Shown here: positions 25,801 through 37,407 of the stretch, piece by piece
Layout: each line of letters begins with the position of its first letter
Numbering within the stretch: position 1 is the first letter of the stretch
Assembly (NCBI GenBank): GCA_002104905.1
Contig: MCFE01000111.1
Coordinates: forward strand, 62,001 to 126,000
Reading direction: 5' to 3'
DNA from: Basidiobolus meristosporus CBS 931.73
Lineage: Eukaryota > Fungi > Basidiobolomycota
Length of the DNA: 64,000 nucleotides
Notes under the pieces: generated by a model
Databases searched by the model: none
What the model was told of the DNA's origin: nothing
Seen by the model: only the letters and a program-made list of their open reading frames with translations
Made by a program: the position numbers and the translations under genes

Positions 25801-26469
25801 AATACCTACCCCTAAGAAAAAAAATTAAGAAAAGGCCAGTAGAATACCATCATCATATCAGCTGAATTCCAAGTTTCTCCAAGCTTATAACAATTGAAAT
25901 CTCAAGAAGTAGCTCTTTGGCAGACAGGCAGAAATATTTTTTGGGAGGAGACTAGGCCCCCTGGCATCCATACCAGATTTGGTAGTGCTCTACTCACTGC
26001 TTCCACCAAAATATTGCAACTAAAATTTTGAAGGAGAAACACCAGCTGAATGCCAGCAAAATACCATTAGAACACCAGCAGAATACCAGCAGATTATCAG
26101 ATGAATTCCAAGTTTGAGATTTCTCATAGGGGCATGTTGGTAAGTGGTGTTAAAAGTGGTTTGCTCTATTGGATATCATTTGAACTAGCTGACAGATTTC
26201 TGGCGTATCTGCACTTCAGAAAATCACAGGCCAATACATCCATCTCCACCAAACTTGGACGGAATGCCAGCAACCAGATTCACTTGGTTGACATGCAGTT
26301 GACTCTCGAACTCATATGGCCTTCATATCTATGGCACAAACGGTTCTTGGATGGAACAGGTATGAAGCAGTAGTGGGGGAGGGGATACAATGTTTGGTGA
26401 GAACCGAAACACGCGGGTTGATTTATATAGGTAAAAGGTTGGAAGGGGAACACGTTAGTGAGGTCAAAT

Positions 26470-29400
26470 CTATTGTGCTTTTCGGCCTTTCTTCTTGGTG
26501 ACCACTTGGAATGTATTCACCGCCGGTTGAGGAACGGAGGGAACGGTGTCGAGGGTCGAGGGGGAACCAAGCCAGCGTCAACCTTACGCCGCTTCACGTA
26601 CTCGAAGGCGAACCGCCGGCCGTCCATGGATGAGGAATAGGCATACACCGATTCTGCGATGATATCCATGGTTGCCGGTGGTGGATCAAGGGGGAAGGTG
26701 AGCAGCATTTGGATGAGATCATCGGTGTTGACCCCGCTGAGCCCCTTCAACGTGTTACGGCACCAGTTCAAGAACTCTGGACTGGGTGGCTTGGGCTCTT
26801 GATGGCTGACCACTTTCTTGGAAGCGTCGGTGGATTTAGATTGGGACTGGCCCGCCGATCTAAAACAGATGATCAGAGAAGCTCGACCAAAGGGGGTTTC
26901 TGTGTTCCTACCTTCCGGGCAATGCGGAGTCCGCTGTCTTTGAATCGCTGCCGGATTTCGAAGCGGTAGATTTCCCACCTAGAATGGTTGTCCAGCCGGT
27001 GATTGGGGTTGGCTGAGGAAGGGATTAGCCCCGGTGCGTAGCATCAACAGTCAGGGTAGGGCTTACCTTGGGGGTGGAGGATGCGACGGTGTCAGCATAA
27101 CGCTTGCTAGTGCTGCTTCCACGGGATTGGCTTTCTTGAAGCTTGGTGCGAAGCTTGGAAGCCTCCTCTTCTTCTTTCTGGATCTCCAAGATACTCTTCT
27201 TCGGTGCGTTAGTGCTCTGCCAAGCAGCAGCATTCTCGGCCTCTTGGTTGGGTGACTCCGATGCCTCGGCGGCTGCCTGGTTAGCGTCTGAACGACGTTT
27301 TTCAACCTCAGGGGATGATTTCACCTCGGGGTCAGGAAGCTCTTGGGAAGGGCGAGTAAGAGTGGAGAGGGGCTCATCGGTGATCTTTGCCCATGGGGTC
27401 AATGTAGCAAAAGTGGTTGATGGAGACCCATGGGCGCTACCAGATCGACTCCAGGCATTGGGGGTTGAGATAGCCGAAACTGTGGATTTTTGGGAATCCT
27501 CCGGTCTCTCGACTTGTTTATCCGAAGATGGTTCGGACGCCTCGACAGCGGATGCCTGCACATCAGCATCCGTTTGGTTAGGAAGTTTACCTTGCTTGCG
27601 CTCCTCTTCCAGTCTCAGTTGGGCCAATGCCGAGCTAGCAGAATCCACCAGCTCACTTCTGGGCTGATCATTAAACCCAGTATCGGGGCTGATCGAGTGG
27701 TCAAATTCGGTCGCTGGGAGAAGAAAAACGTTAGCAATTCCACCACAACCGCAATGCTACACGCTATATTCGTCTACCTAGTGAGATTCCGGAGGTAACC
27801 GCGCCCAAACCGCTCCAACCACCAGGGGAGCTCAAAGGCTTAGTCTGCGACCAAGGATCTCCCCTCTGGCTATTGGCCGGAAGCTGCGGGAATGGTGGGT
27901 CTTTGAACATGTCTGCTCCATTTGGAATTCCCCAAGGGTTCCCTGCAGGGTTCATGGGAGCATTCCGGCTAGCTAGCAGTGGTTCATAACCTGGCTGAGA
28001 TGACATCTGTGGCATCAAGTTGCCGATCAGATCATTCTGGAAGCCGGGAGAATGCTGTTGAAATTGAAGGAACTGCTGCATCTGCATATTCTGGCGTTGC
28101 TGCATCGCTTGCAAGTATTGGTGGCGCTCGAAGGCCGCACGCGAGTTGTCCAGCCCGAAGCCTCCACCGGCACCGCCATTCATAGCGAGATTGTCCCCAA
28201 CGAATTGAGAATTACCACCCAATGGTGGCCCGAATAGGTTGTTTCCCCAAGGGCTAGTCGAGCCCGCCTTGGGATCCAGGTTGATATCCATTCGTCGGCT
28301 CTGGCTCTCCAAGTGTCTCCGGAAGCCCATCGCATTCTGCTCAAACCCAGAGGTGAGCGGGGCACCGAATGGGTCAAAGCTTCCTCTGCCAGCCCCAATG
28401 TTCATTGGGTTGTGCTTATCGGCAACTGGGGACGAGGGAAGGCTTAGGAAATTTCGATTGAACTGAGTCCGCATCTGTTGATGAGGAAGCATGTTGGGCG
28501 GAGGCATTGGGCGTTGTGCTGACAAGAAAGGTTGCTTGTCATCCCCTACTTGACGCACTAGCACACCCAGTGGCTCAAAGGAAGGATATCCTTCGCGTTT
28601 CACAAGTAATGAAGGTGGGAAGAACCCGGCGGAATACCACTCCTGCATCTCTTCAGTCGAGAAGGGGCCTAAGATAGTATCAAATACCACCAATGAGTTA
28701 GGGTATTCGTAGACGTGAATATTCCATGCTCGTTACCTTGGACATTTCCAGCTGGATCTTTATAGAACCATCTTGCGATCTGAGGAGAGGCACTTCCCAA
28801 GTCTTCTCTCTTAAACCCAAGGTGGCTGGGGAATCCTTCCGGTAGCATATTCGGGTTTGTCGATATCTTGAGTTTTTCGGTCGCTTCGATACTCCCTTCA
28901 CTGCTCGCTGGAATAGCATTGTTGGCTTGACTAGGGCCTAACTGCTTGGCTACGTTTTGAGCCAAATCTTTCTCCAGCATCTGCTCTCCGGAATTAAACA
29001 CTCCGCTTTGCGACTGGTCACGAGGTGGCTCTTGAGCGGATTCCTGCAACGAATTAATCCCCAAACTAGCTTGAATAACCTGTGCAAAACAACCCACCTT
29101 GGCAGAGCCCGGTTCTTCTAACGATTCAGGAGTATGGCAGGATTTTTCAATTGGCTCTAGTGATTCATATAAGTCGGTCTCAGGTCCATTGTCAAATCTA
29201 AAGACCCCGCTGTTGTCAAACGTTCCCACTACACGTCTGCTGATGCCCGTCCATAAGGCATTATCATCTTGCGATAACCCATTGCTATCCCTCGAGATAT
29301 TTCTTCCGAACCGTGTGAGATCTACAAAAAGGTTGTTGAGCGATCACTTCACTATCGACAGAGTATCCACCCTAACCAACCTTGCTCCAACTTTTGCTCC

Positions 29401-30186
29401 ACCTCAGATTGGAATTCCTTGGAATTTTGAGCGTAACCTAAGTCATTCCATGATTAAGCTGGCCATCGCACGGAGAATCTGATTGAATTCAATACCTCCA
29501 CGACTCCTCGGCGGTGTGGCTAAACCGCTTCTACTAGGGTTTCGTTCATTTCTAATAAAGCTTGATGGATTTGTGGTTCCTTGGACGATTCTTCGTGTTA
29601 ACTCGCTGTTTACCGAGCCTGAGAGAAGCTACATCGGGTCGATTCCCAATAAGGGGGATTTTAGCATCAGACTTCACACTACACTCGACCAGACGCCATA
29701 CCTTTTTCTCGTTTTCGTCCAACGAAATACTAGCCATAGGCTGGAGACTTTCTTCACTCGTGACATATTCATGTCTTTCGAAATCCAGTGGCATAGGGAC
29801 GTGCTTATATAACGATAACATCAACTCTTTGGAGTATTTGAAAGGGTTAAGTTGATCGTCTAGATTTGATTCGGAAGTGTACCCTTTAAGCAGGTCCTCC
29901 GGGCTCTCTTGATTTAGAGTGTTCCGTCTAGAGGTGTTAGTGGCCGCGATGGTGGAATAGGTAAAGCTTCCTTGGGTTCCATTGACTCCTGGTGAAACCA
30001 AAGGAGATGTAGGTAGACTAGAGGTACTAAATGCACCTCGTGAATTCAAATCTAGAGCCCCCGGAGTAACTGGTTTGGATAATCGTCTCATCCTAAAAGG
30101 AGGGATGAGTTACATACGAAGCAGATTCCACATAATCGACATCGTGATTACCATTCGGGACCGAAATTCATGGTGTTGCTGGTCAT
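26470..30186 (-). CDS. SMY2: GYF-domain protein (GIGYF/Smy2-like), multi-exon; possible 1-nt frameshift near the C-terminus
   Basis: Exon 1 (30186-30152) spliced over a 59-nt intron gives MTSNTMNFGPEWMRR, the GIGYF-type NFGPEW start; GYF domain [28 protein letters not shown] split by an intron; C-terminal EFLNWCRNTL...FAFEYVKRRK. Confidence 0.88.
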
Positions 30187-31012
30187 ATTTAACAGATATC
30201 TGTAGGGTTCGGGGAGAGCAAAAATGGGAATCGTTAGACCCAGTTGGTCAATTCGTGAAATATGTCTCGAAGGGGTTGGACGTTCGAAAGGGAAATACCT
30301 TGGAAGTGGTTTGTTTCGATTGTCGATAAGACGCAAAGAAGCAGTCAGAAGTTTCCTCACAAAAAATCTCCAAGACTTAATGATCCCGGTGATGAATGTT
30401 GATCTGAGGCCAAAATTTCACCAATGGTTGGCAAAAAAAAACTCCTTAGTAAATTTAATGTTCATCTCGGATCACATGATCCCGAGCATCAATCTGTTGC
30501 TAATTGGTTGTGTATGAAGTTTGTGTGCTGTTAATTTGAGAGCATTATTTCATGTGTAAAGCAACACAAATCAGATACTCTCAGGCAGTGGTACAAAATT
30601 CCCAACCTTAGCCCACTGATGCGTAGCGTAACATCAATTCTATGCAAAGGTCTGGCCCATGATGCCTCTAAATTAGATAGAATGAGCTTTATTTTCGATT
30701 AGGGATTAGCCTAGCTGGCACTCGCTCGTTGTGTTCTTGGTCGTGCCTCTCTCGGTGGTCAATCACGTGTGTATTTTATGGGGTTTCTAGGGTGTTATCA
30801 TAGGGGTGGCTGAGGGGGAAGTAGCACTGGTGTGGCGTAGAGAGACTCTACATCCACACCCATGTCCACAACACATCAAGCCAATTTATCACAAGTCATT
30901 TACATCGAGTTCCAGTTTTCCATTCTTCTTCGACGGTCATTCATCCAGCAAATATACACAGCACCCCATCCCGCGGACAGAATCACGGTTGATCATCTCA
31001 ACAAGCAGTCAC

Positions 31013-31453
31013 TTATCTGCCAGAGTCGGAGATTGGCTCGGCGGCCTCTTTCCTCATCTGAGTCACCTTCTTCTCCATGTTCTGGAGCATCACGTCGAAC
31101 TTCTGCTTCAGTGACTCGCGAATAGGTTGACCCTCAGGCTTGACATTAGGCTGGACATCCTCGGCCCAAGCAGACGCGACCTTCTCCTTGAAGGTCGGCG
31201 AGGCCTCGGAGTCCATGCCACCCATATTCATAGGCTTGGACATGGACATGGGCATGGGCGCGGGCGCGAGAGCTGGCTTTGCAGAGTCAGTAGCCTCGAC
31301 ACTTTTGATTGTGGCGGTGGTTGTCTCAGTCCCCGGCTGATCAGGTACATTCTTCATGACTGCAGTGATCTCGAACGGCATCGCCTCAGCAGCGAGCATC
31401 CAGGACGACGACACGACGACAATGGAGAGAAGAGCGACGGCAGAGAGACGCAT
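31013..31453 (-). CDS. Orphan 146-aa secreted protein, copy 1
   Basis: Single-exon ORF with signal-peptide-like MRLSAVALLSIVVVSSSWMLAAEA; Pro/Thr/Met-rich middle, helical charged C-terminus; TATATA upstream. Confidence 0.8.
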   Translation of the reverse strand: MRLSAVALLSIVVVSSSWMLAAEAMPFEITAVMKNVPDQPGTETTTATIKSVEATDSAKPALAPAPMPMSMSKPMNMGGMDSEASPTFKEKVASAWAEDVQPNVKPEGQPIRESLKQKFDVMLQNMEKKVTQMRKEAAEPISDSGR

Positions 31454-32162
31454 GGTTGACGGATCGGCTGAAGTGGCAAGTTACTAAGAGTTATCGAATG
31501 AGTTGGGTTGAGCAACGAAGAAGCAGGATAGTGCGGGAGGTGCAGAGCGGGTTAGGTTAGTGAACTGGTTATCGTTGAATACGACAGTGCTTTTGCTAAC
31601 CATGGAGTATAGAGACTATATATGCCTGACGGGAGGGTATTTACAGTACCCATGATCATGGGTATACCAGAGCTCTCAGAGCAACGATCTGTAAGTTTCA
31701 ACGCATGCACAATCATTTCAACAAACAGATTGACAGCAGTTGGATGCAAATCGAGTGTTCTGGGGACTAAAACAATCTTAATGCACGTTAACTGTAATAC
31801 CATTCCATTTTATGATTTGCATAGTCGTTTAGATGATACTTTATTCTAAGTGAATTAGTCAAATATTTATATCCGAATGCTGTCATTTTGTTTGTTGAAA
31901 TGATTGTGCATGCGTTGAAACTTACAGATCGTTGCTCTGAGAGCTCTGGTATACCCATGATCATGGGTACTGTAAATACCCTCCCGTCAGGCATATATAG
32001 TCTCTATACTCCATGGTTAGCAAAAGCACTGTCGTATTCAACGATAACCAGTTCACTAACCTAACCCGCTCTGCACCTCCCGCACTATCCTGCTTCTTCG
32101 TTGCTCAACCCAACTCATTCGATAACTCTTAGTAACTTGCCACTTCAGCCGATCCGTCAACC

Positions 32163-32603
32163 ATGCGTCTCTCTGCCGTCGCTCTTCTCTCCATTGTCGT
32201 CGTGTCGTCGTCCTGGATGCTCGCTGCTGAGGCGATGCCGTTCGAGATCACTGCAGTCATGAAGAATGTACCTGATCAGCCGGGGACTGAGACAACCACC
32301 GCCACAATCAAAAGTGTCGAGGCTACTGACTCTGCAAAGCCAGCTCTCGCGCCCGCGCCCATGCCCATGTCCATGTCCAAGCCTATGAATATGGGTGGCA
32401 TGGACTCCGAGGCCTCGCCGACCTTCAAGGAGAAGGTCGCGTCTGCTTGGGCCGAGGATGTCCAGCCTAATGTCAAGCCTGAGGGTCAACCTATTCGCGA
32501 GTCACTGAAGCAGAAGTTCGACGTGATGCTCCAGAACATGGAGAAGAAGGTGACTCAGATGAGGAAAGAGGCCGCCGAGCCAATCTCCGACTCTGGCAGA
32601 TAA
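32163..32603 (+). CDS. Orphan 146-aa secreted protein, copy 2 (identical to copy 1)
   Basis: Identical translation; TATATA at ~31995 and AATAAA at 32922-32927. Confidence 0.8.
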   Translation: MRLSAVALLSIVVVSSSWMLAAEAMPFEITAVMKNVPDQPGTETTTATIKSVEATDSAKPALAPAPMPMSMSKPMNMGGMDSEASPTFKEKVASAWAEDVQPNVKPEGQPIRESLKQKFDVMLQNMEKKVTQMRKEAAEPISDSGR

Positions 32604-33093
32604 GTGACTGCTTGTTGAGATGATCAACCGTGATTCTGTCCGCGGGATGGGGTGCTGTGTATATTTGCTGGATGAATGACCGTCGAAGAAGAATGGAAAA
32701 CTGGAACTCGATGTAAATGACTTGTGATAAATTGGCTTGATGTGTTGTGGACATGGGTGTGGATGTAGAGTCTCTCTACGCCACACCAGTGCTACTTCCC
32801 CCTCAGCCACCCCTATGATAACACCCTAGAAACCCCATAAAATACACACGTGATTGACCACCGAGAGAGGCACGACCAAGAACACAATGAGCGAGTGCCA
32901 GCTAGGCTAATCCCTAATCGAAAATAAAGTAAATCCTATCTAACTATAGTATATTAGGTGATTGGATAGTAGATCATGAAAAAAATGATTTATTTGTGAT
33001 TATGCCAGCAAGTCATCAATCTCAAGACTGATGGTGGGAATTGTGGTTATTCGCGAGAGTGGGGAAGAAAAATCACTCGGGCAATTCTAAAAT

Positions 33094-34308
33094 TTACAAA
33101 GTAGGAGCTTTACCGGTAAGCTTGGTGTAAGCTTCAATATACTTATTCAAAGTGTTGTTAATGACATCCTCAGGAAGCTCGATTGGAGTCTTCTTGTCAT
33201 AATTGATGCTCAACAAGTAATCACGGAGGTACTGTTTATCGAAACTAACAAACTCCATTAGCACAAGGGAAATATGGATACACCAAAGCTCTCATATTAC
33301 CTATCCTGTCCTCTGCCAGCTTCATATTTATCCAAAGGCCAGAATCTTGAGGAGTCTGGGGTAAGTACCTCATCGGCCAAGATAAGATTGCCCTCTTCAT
33401 CAGCTCCAAATTCGAATTTAGTATCGGCAATGATGATACCACGCTCATACGCATAGTCTCTAGCCTTAACGTAGAGTTTGATTGCTGCCTCTTCCATGGC
33501 TTTAGCATTTGCTTCACCAATAATTCCAGCAACTATAACGCAAATTCACTTTAGTATAGATGTTGGCATCCCACCCTAAGAAGTTTCAGCCTACCTTTAC
33601 TGGGGTGAATATTCTCATCTGTTTAAGCCAAGGCAAAATGTCAATGTTAGACACGAAGATAACAAACGCACCAAGAAATATTTACCATGCTCTCCGTACT
33701 CAGCTTTGGTAGATGGAGTGAATAGCGGTGTCTCCAGACGCTCACTCTCCAAAAGCCCCTCGGGCAGCTTGATATCACAAACAGTACCCTGTTTCTTATA
33801 CTCAACCCATCCGGAGCCTATTATTAGGGGTAAATTCATGAGCATAAGACAAAACATAGTAGTACAACTAATACATACCTGAGATGTAACCACGGACAAT
33901 GGCTTCGACAGGGTGGATTGTTAGAGACTTGACTAACAAACAGCGGCCCTCAAGTTGGTCACGGTATTGCTTGACAATATCAGGCATTTCCTCGAAGTTG
34001 GTAGTCAACAAGTGGTTGGGGAGCACATCCTCCAATAACGCGAACCAGAAGTTGCTAAGCTGAGTAAGGATTTTCCCTTTACCAGGAATAGGCTGCACCG
34101 AGAATAAGGGTTAGTCACAACCATACAACGGCATTCAACACCTAGTTCTATCCGAAGTACTTACGTTTTTCATGATAACGTCGAATGCGCTAATTCTGTC
34201 AGTGGCGACAAAGAGAATGGTTTTCTCGTCGACACGATAGACGTCCCTGACTTTGCCTCTGGCAAGAAGCTTCAAGTCAGGGCATTCGCTATTCAACAGA
34301 GCAGTCAT
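33094..34308 (-). CDS. ADE1: SAICAR synthetase (phosphoribosylaminoimidazole-succinocarboxamide synthase), multi-exon
   Basis: [51 protein letters not shown] and [10 protein letters not shown]...[14 protein letters not shown] motifs; ends [11 protein letters not shown]. Confidence 0.96.
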
Positions 34309-34930
34309 GTTATTAAGGAAGAGTGGGGGAGCAGTTGAAGACAACGCGGGAAGCCCGTGCTACTTTTTAACATTCTTCAGAAAAAAATCCAAAAAACGAA
34401 CTCTGGAAATGAAACCTGCCCATCGACTAAATCATACGGTCAATTCAAAATTTTTCGTTGCAATGCAAATGCATTCAGTATCTTGTTCTACCAAATGGAT
34501 TTTTACGTACTTGGTTGAATGCTCACACACAAATATGGTATTTGCAAGTACCATTTGATTTAACTTATCTCCTATCTTGATCAAAGACGGGAGATAAGAT
34601 ATCATATCATATTATCAGCTGCCGATTTAGGTTTGCGGTTGCACGAGGAGTGATTGGTAGGTTTGTATGGTTTATTCATTTCTTCTGTTCGCTAGGATTA
34701 ATGCTTGCATGGAAGGCAATCCACATTTAGTGTGGTTAAATATGTAGGCGGTGGAAAAAATTGGGTGGAAAAAATGGGGTTAGGTTTAAAGTCCAAGGTT
34801 AACTGGTTAGTAACGTATATTCATGTTGATTATTTACATGAGTGTAAACGGCCTTGGGGAGTTAGAAGATAGGTGATTTCATTCAACATGGTTAAAGTAG
34901 AAAGGTAAATCAGAAGTTTAAAAATCTCAT

Positions 34931-36897
34931 TCAGCGCCATTTGGCCAAGAGGAAGCCTAGGGCGGCTGCTACTACAACTCCACCAGCAACTCCGAAAGCG
35001 ACTTCGTTGGAAAGGGTAGCCTTAGGGTCAGGCTTGTCATGGCTTAGTGAGCTCATATGCTCAGAGAGGTCCATGTCGAAAGTGTGTTCTTTGTAAGCAT
35101 CCTTGGGCAAGACTAAAACCACGAGCCTATTAGTTCCTTGAGCCCGGGACATCTCAACAGCATCCTCGAGTTCTTCATCAGTATTCAACGCCACTAGGTC
35201 TTTTTCGTCATCAATGTAGGCAGTCTCAAACTCTTCTATCTCTAGTTTGCTCTTTATCTTGCTACGAAGCGCTGTCAGATCGTAAGCATCGCTGACCACT
35301 CTATGAACCTTTTCCTCCTCTTCTTGCACCCCATATACCCGCAGTTTGAATAGAAACATTCCCGACTGGAGCAGGCGCGAAGTGATCAGAACGGTCGATT
35401 TGGATTCATTATGTAGAGTAGAAGCCGAGTCATGTGGATATAACTCTGGAGAATGCTCCACTTCCATAGACTCAGGTTCCTGGGTGAAAATGGATGCAGC
35501 ATGTGGAATCCCGGAGGTGACAACTGACTGAGAATCGTCATCGTTGAACGAGCAGAAGAGCTTGCCCCAGATACTGTCTCCATTGGTTTCGGAGTTCTCG
35601 TGTTCCATGCTGTTCAGCTAAGAGACCAAATCAAGCAGAGTTAGAATTTATCAGTCGCGCAGCGGAGAAACAATGCATTGTTTACCGCCTCAAGAGTAAC
35701 GTATGTCAATTTCAAAATATCCAGCATTCCCACGACGTCGCCAAATTCGCTCACCACTGGCAAATTCATGAAATGGCCCTCTGGAGTAAAAGGTCAGGTT
35801 TGGGTAGTTTAGGGTCATCGATTGGGCATGCCCACATACCGTTCATCTTTTTTAAGGCCTCCACAACAGTCATATTCAGTGGAGCACAATCCGGGTGCGG
35901 AGTCATCACTCTAACCACGCTGCAGTTCGACGGGTCAAGCCCAGCAGCTATGACCCTAAGCACAATATCCTTCGTGGTGAATATTCCAACTATCTGGCTT
36001 TCCTCAGTGACCAACACTGCGGTGGACTTCTCCTTCTTCATCAATCTTGCCGCCTCCTTGACACTGGTCTTTGGAGTTACTTCTGGTGGCTGCACACCAT
36101 CGATTAGGTTGGCCAATGTAGGGCATGAAATCTTTTCTTTCAACAGATCCATGAATTGAAACATCGACACAGTCACATTGGAATTGTTGATTGGCCACTC
36201 TTTGCCCATCCCTTCGATGGCATCCACCAGTTTTTTGCTTGTGCCGTAGGCTCTGTCCAGTTTTTTCAAAACCTCTAGTAGACACTTCGTGATGTCTAGC
36301 AAGCCCACCACATCCCCCTCAAGGTTGCATACTGGCAAATGACGGAACCCCTTGGTAGTCATGGTGTTCAGTGCCTCTATGGCGCTTGTATCACTGGTGA
36401 CGCATAATGGACGACGAGTCATTATATCACTGACCCTGGTATTCCGTGGATCGATTCCTTCACTTATCACTTTACAAGCCAAGTCGACCGAGGTAAATAT
36501 CCCACTCAGGTGCTCCTCAGAATCCACCACCAGTACGCTATCCATGCGCTTGGCAGCCATCAGCTGGGCTGCCTCCGTCACTAGGATATTCTCTTGGACT
36601 GTCAAGGCTTGTTGCGGTCTTAGGCTAGATACAGTCCCAGGGGTTCGCTGGCTCTTCGAGGAGCGAGATTTAAGACTTTTCTTTCGCGACAATTCTTGCT
36701 CAACTTTTCTGCGTATAGCCTGCCAAGCGACATTAGAAACTTAGTGGAAATATACTCCATACAAGACCTACCTCATCTCGTTTTGACACTCTGCTACGGG
36801 CCTTTGTGCTTCTTCCCGGATCGGGTAGAGTGGAATTATCGGCGCTTGAGGAGGTGTTTTGATGGTTAGAACGTCTAGAGACTGAGTGATAGGTCAT
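34931..36897 (-). CDS. CBS-CBS-PB1 domain protein with C-terminal transmembrane anchor (S. pombe Mug70-like), multi-exon
   Basis: Spliced N-terminus SKRDEAIRRKVEQEL; two CBS pairs (FRHLPV, GIFTTKDIVLRV); PB1 acidic motif AYIDDEKDLVALNTDEEL; terminal hydrophobic helix. Confidence 0.88.
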
Positions 36898-37407
36898 TCT
36901 CCTGACGTTTGTTAAATGCGATGGACAAGTATGGGAGGGTGCTTCAGTAGATTATATTACTATAGACAAGTAAAGGGTTTGATATGGACAATTATTTACA
37001 GGTGGTTAAAGGGTATAACCAGGCTTAGCGTTAGGAGGGTCGAGAGAAAGCCTAGAAAAAGCGGATAGCGCCCTCAGTATCAGATATATTCTCCACAGCA
37101 GAACGAGGTGGGGTGAGGTGAGCGGAAGCTACAAGGGAGAAAATAGCTCGATCCTCTGGTGTTTCATAATATTCTTGAAGGAGATGTCCAACAAGGAATA
37201 TAAACATTACAGTGATTCAGCTGCATCTAATCATCCTCATTGGGATGATTTACTTATCACCTAAACACCCAAGATCAGGAAATATCTTTGAGGGCCAAAC
37301 GCATCGGAAAGTCCGCCATTTTTATAGAAAAGCAAGAGACATTTATCAAAATAGGCCATTGATCTATTACATTCATATAATCTAGGCTCTACTGCATCAG
37401 ATTGCAT

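Larger units (their letters stand above)
30687..32929. repeat. Large inverted repeat: 1041-bp arms (30687-31727 and 31889-32929) around a 161-bp spacer
   Basis: Mirror coordinates sum to 63616; ORF translations in several frames are identical between arms; one mismatch seen (30728 G vs 32888 T). Confidence 0.97.

Noticed and set aside
26036-26095. Short ACCAGCAGAAT-like repeats at the edge of the TE block as a boundary element
   Set aside because: Only ~4 degenerate copies; more likely subterminal repeats of a decayed transposon, with no evidence of function.
1-26200. RIP-like (CpA->TpA) mutation of repeats
   Set aside because: The substitutions I could trace are mainly in CpG context and include many transversions; no CpA-specific pattern was evident by eye.
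30806-32810. Other mirrored ORFs in the palindrome (102, 87, 110 and 66 aa, plus spacer-crossing 75 and 68 aa)
   Set aside because: They overlap or oppose the signal-peptide gene, have no recognisable features, and are duplicated only because of the inverted repeat.
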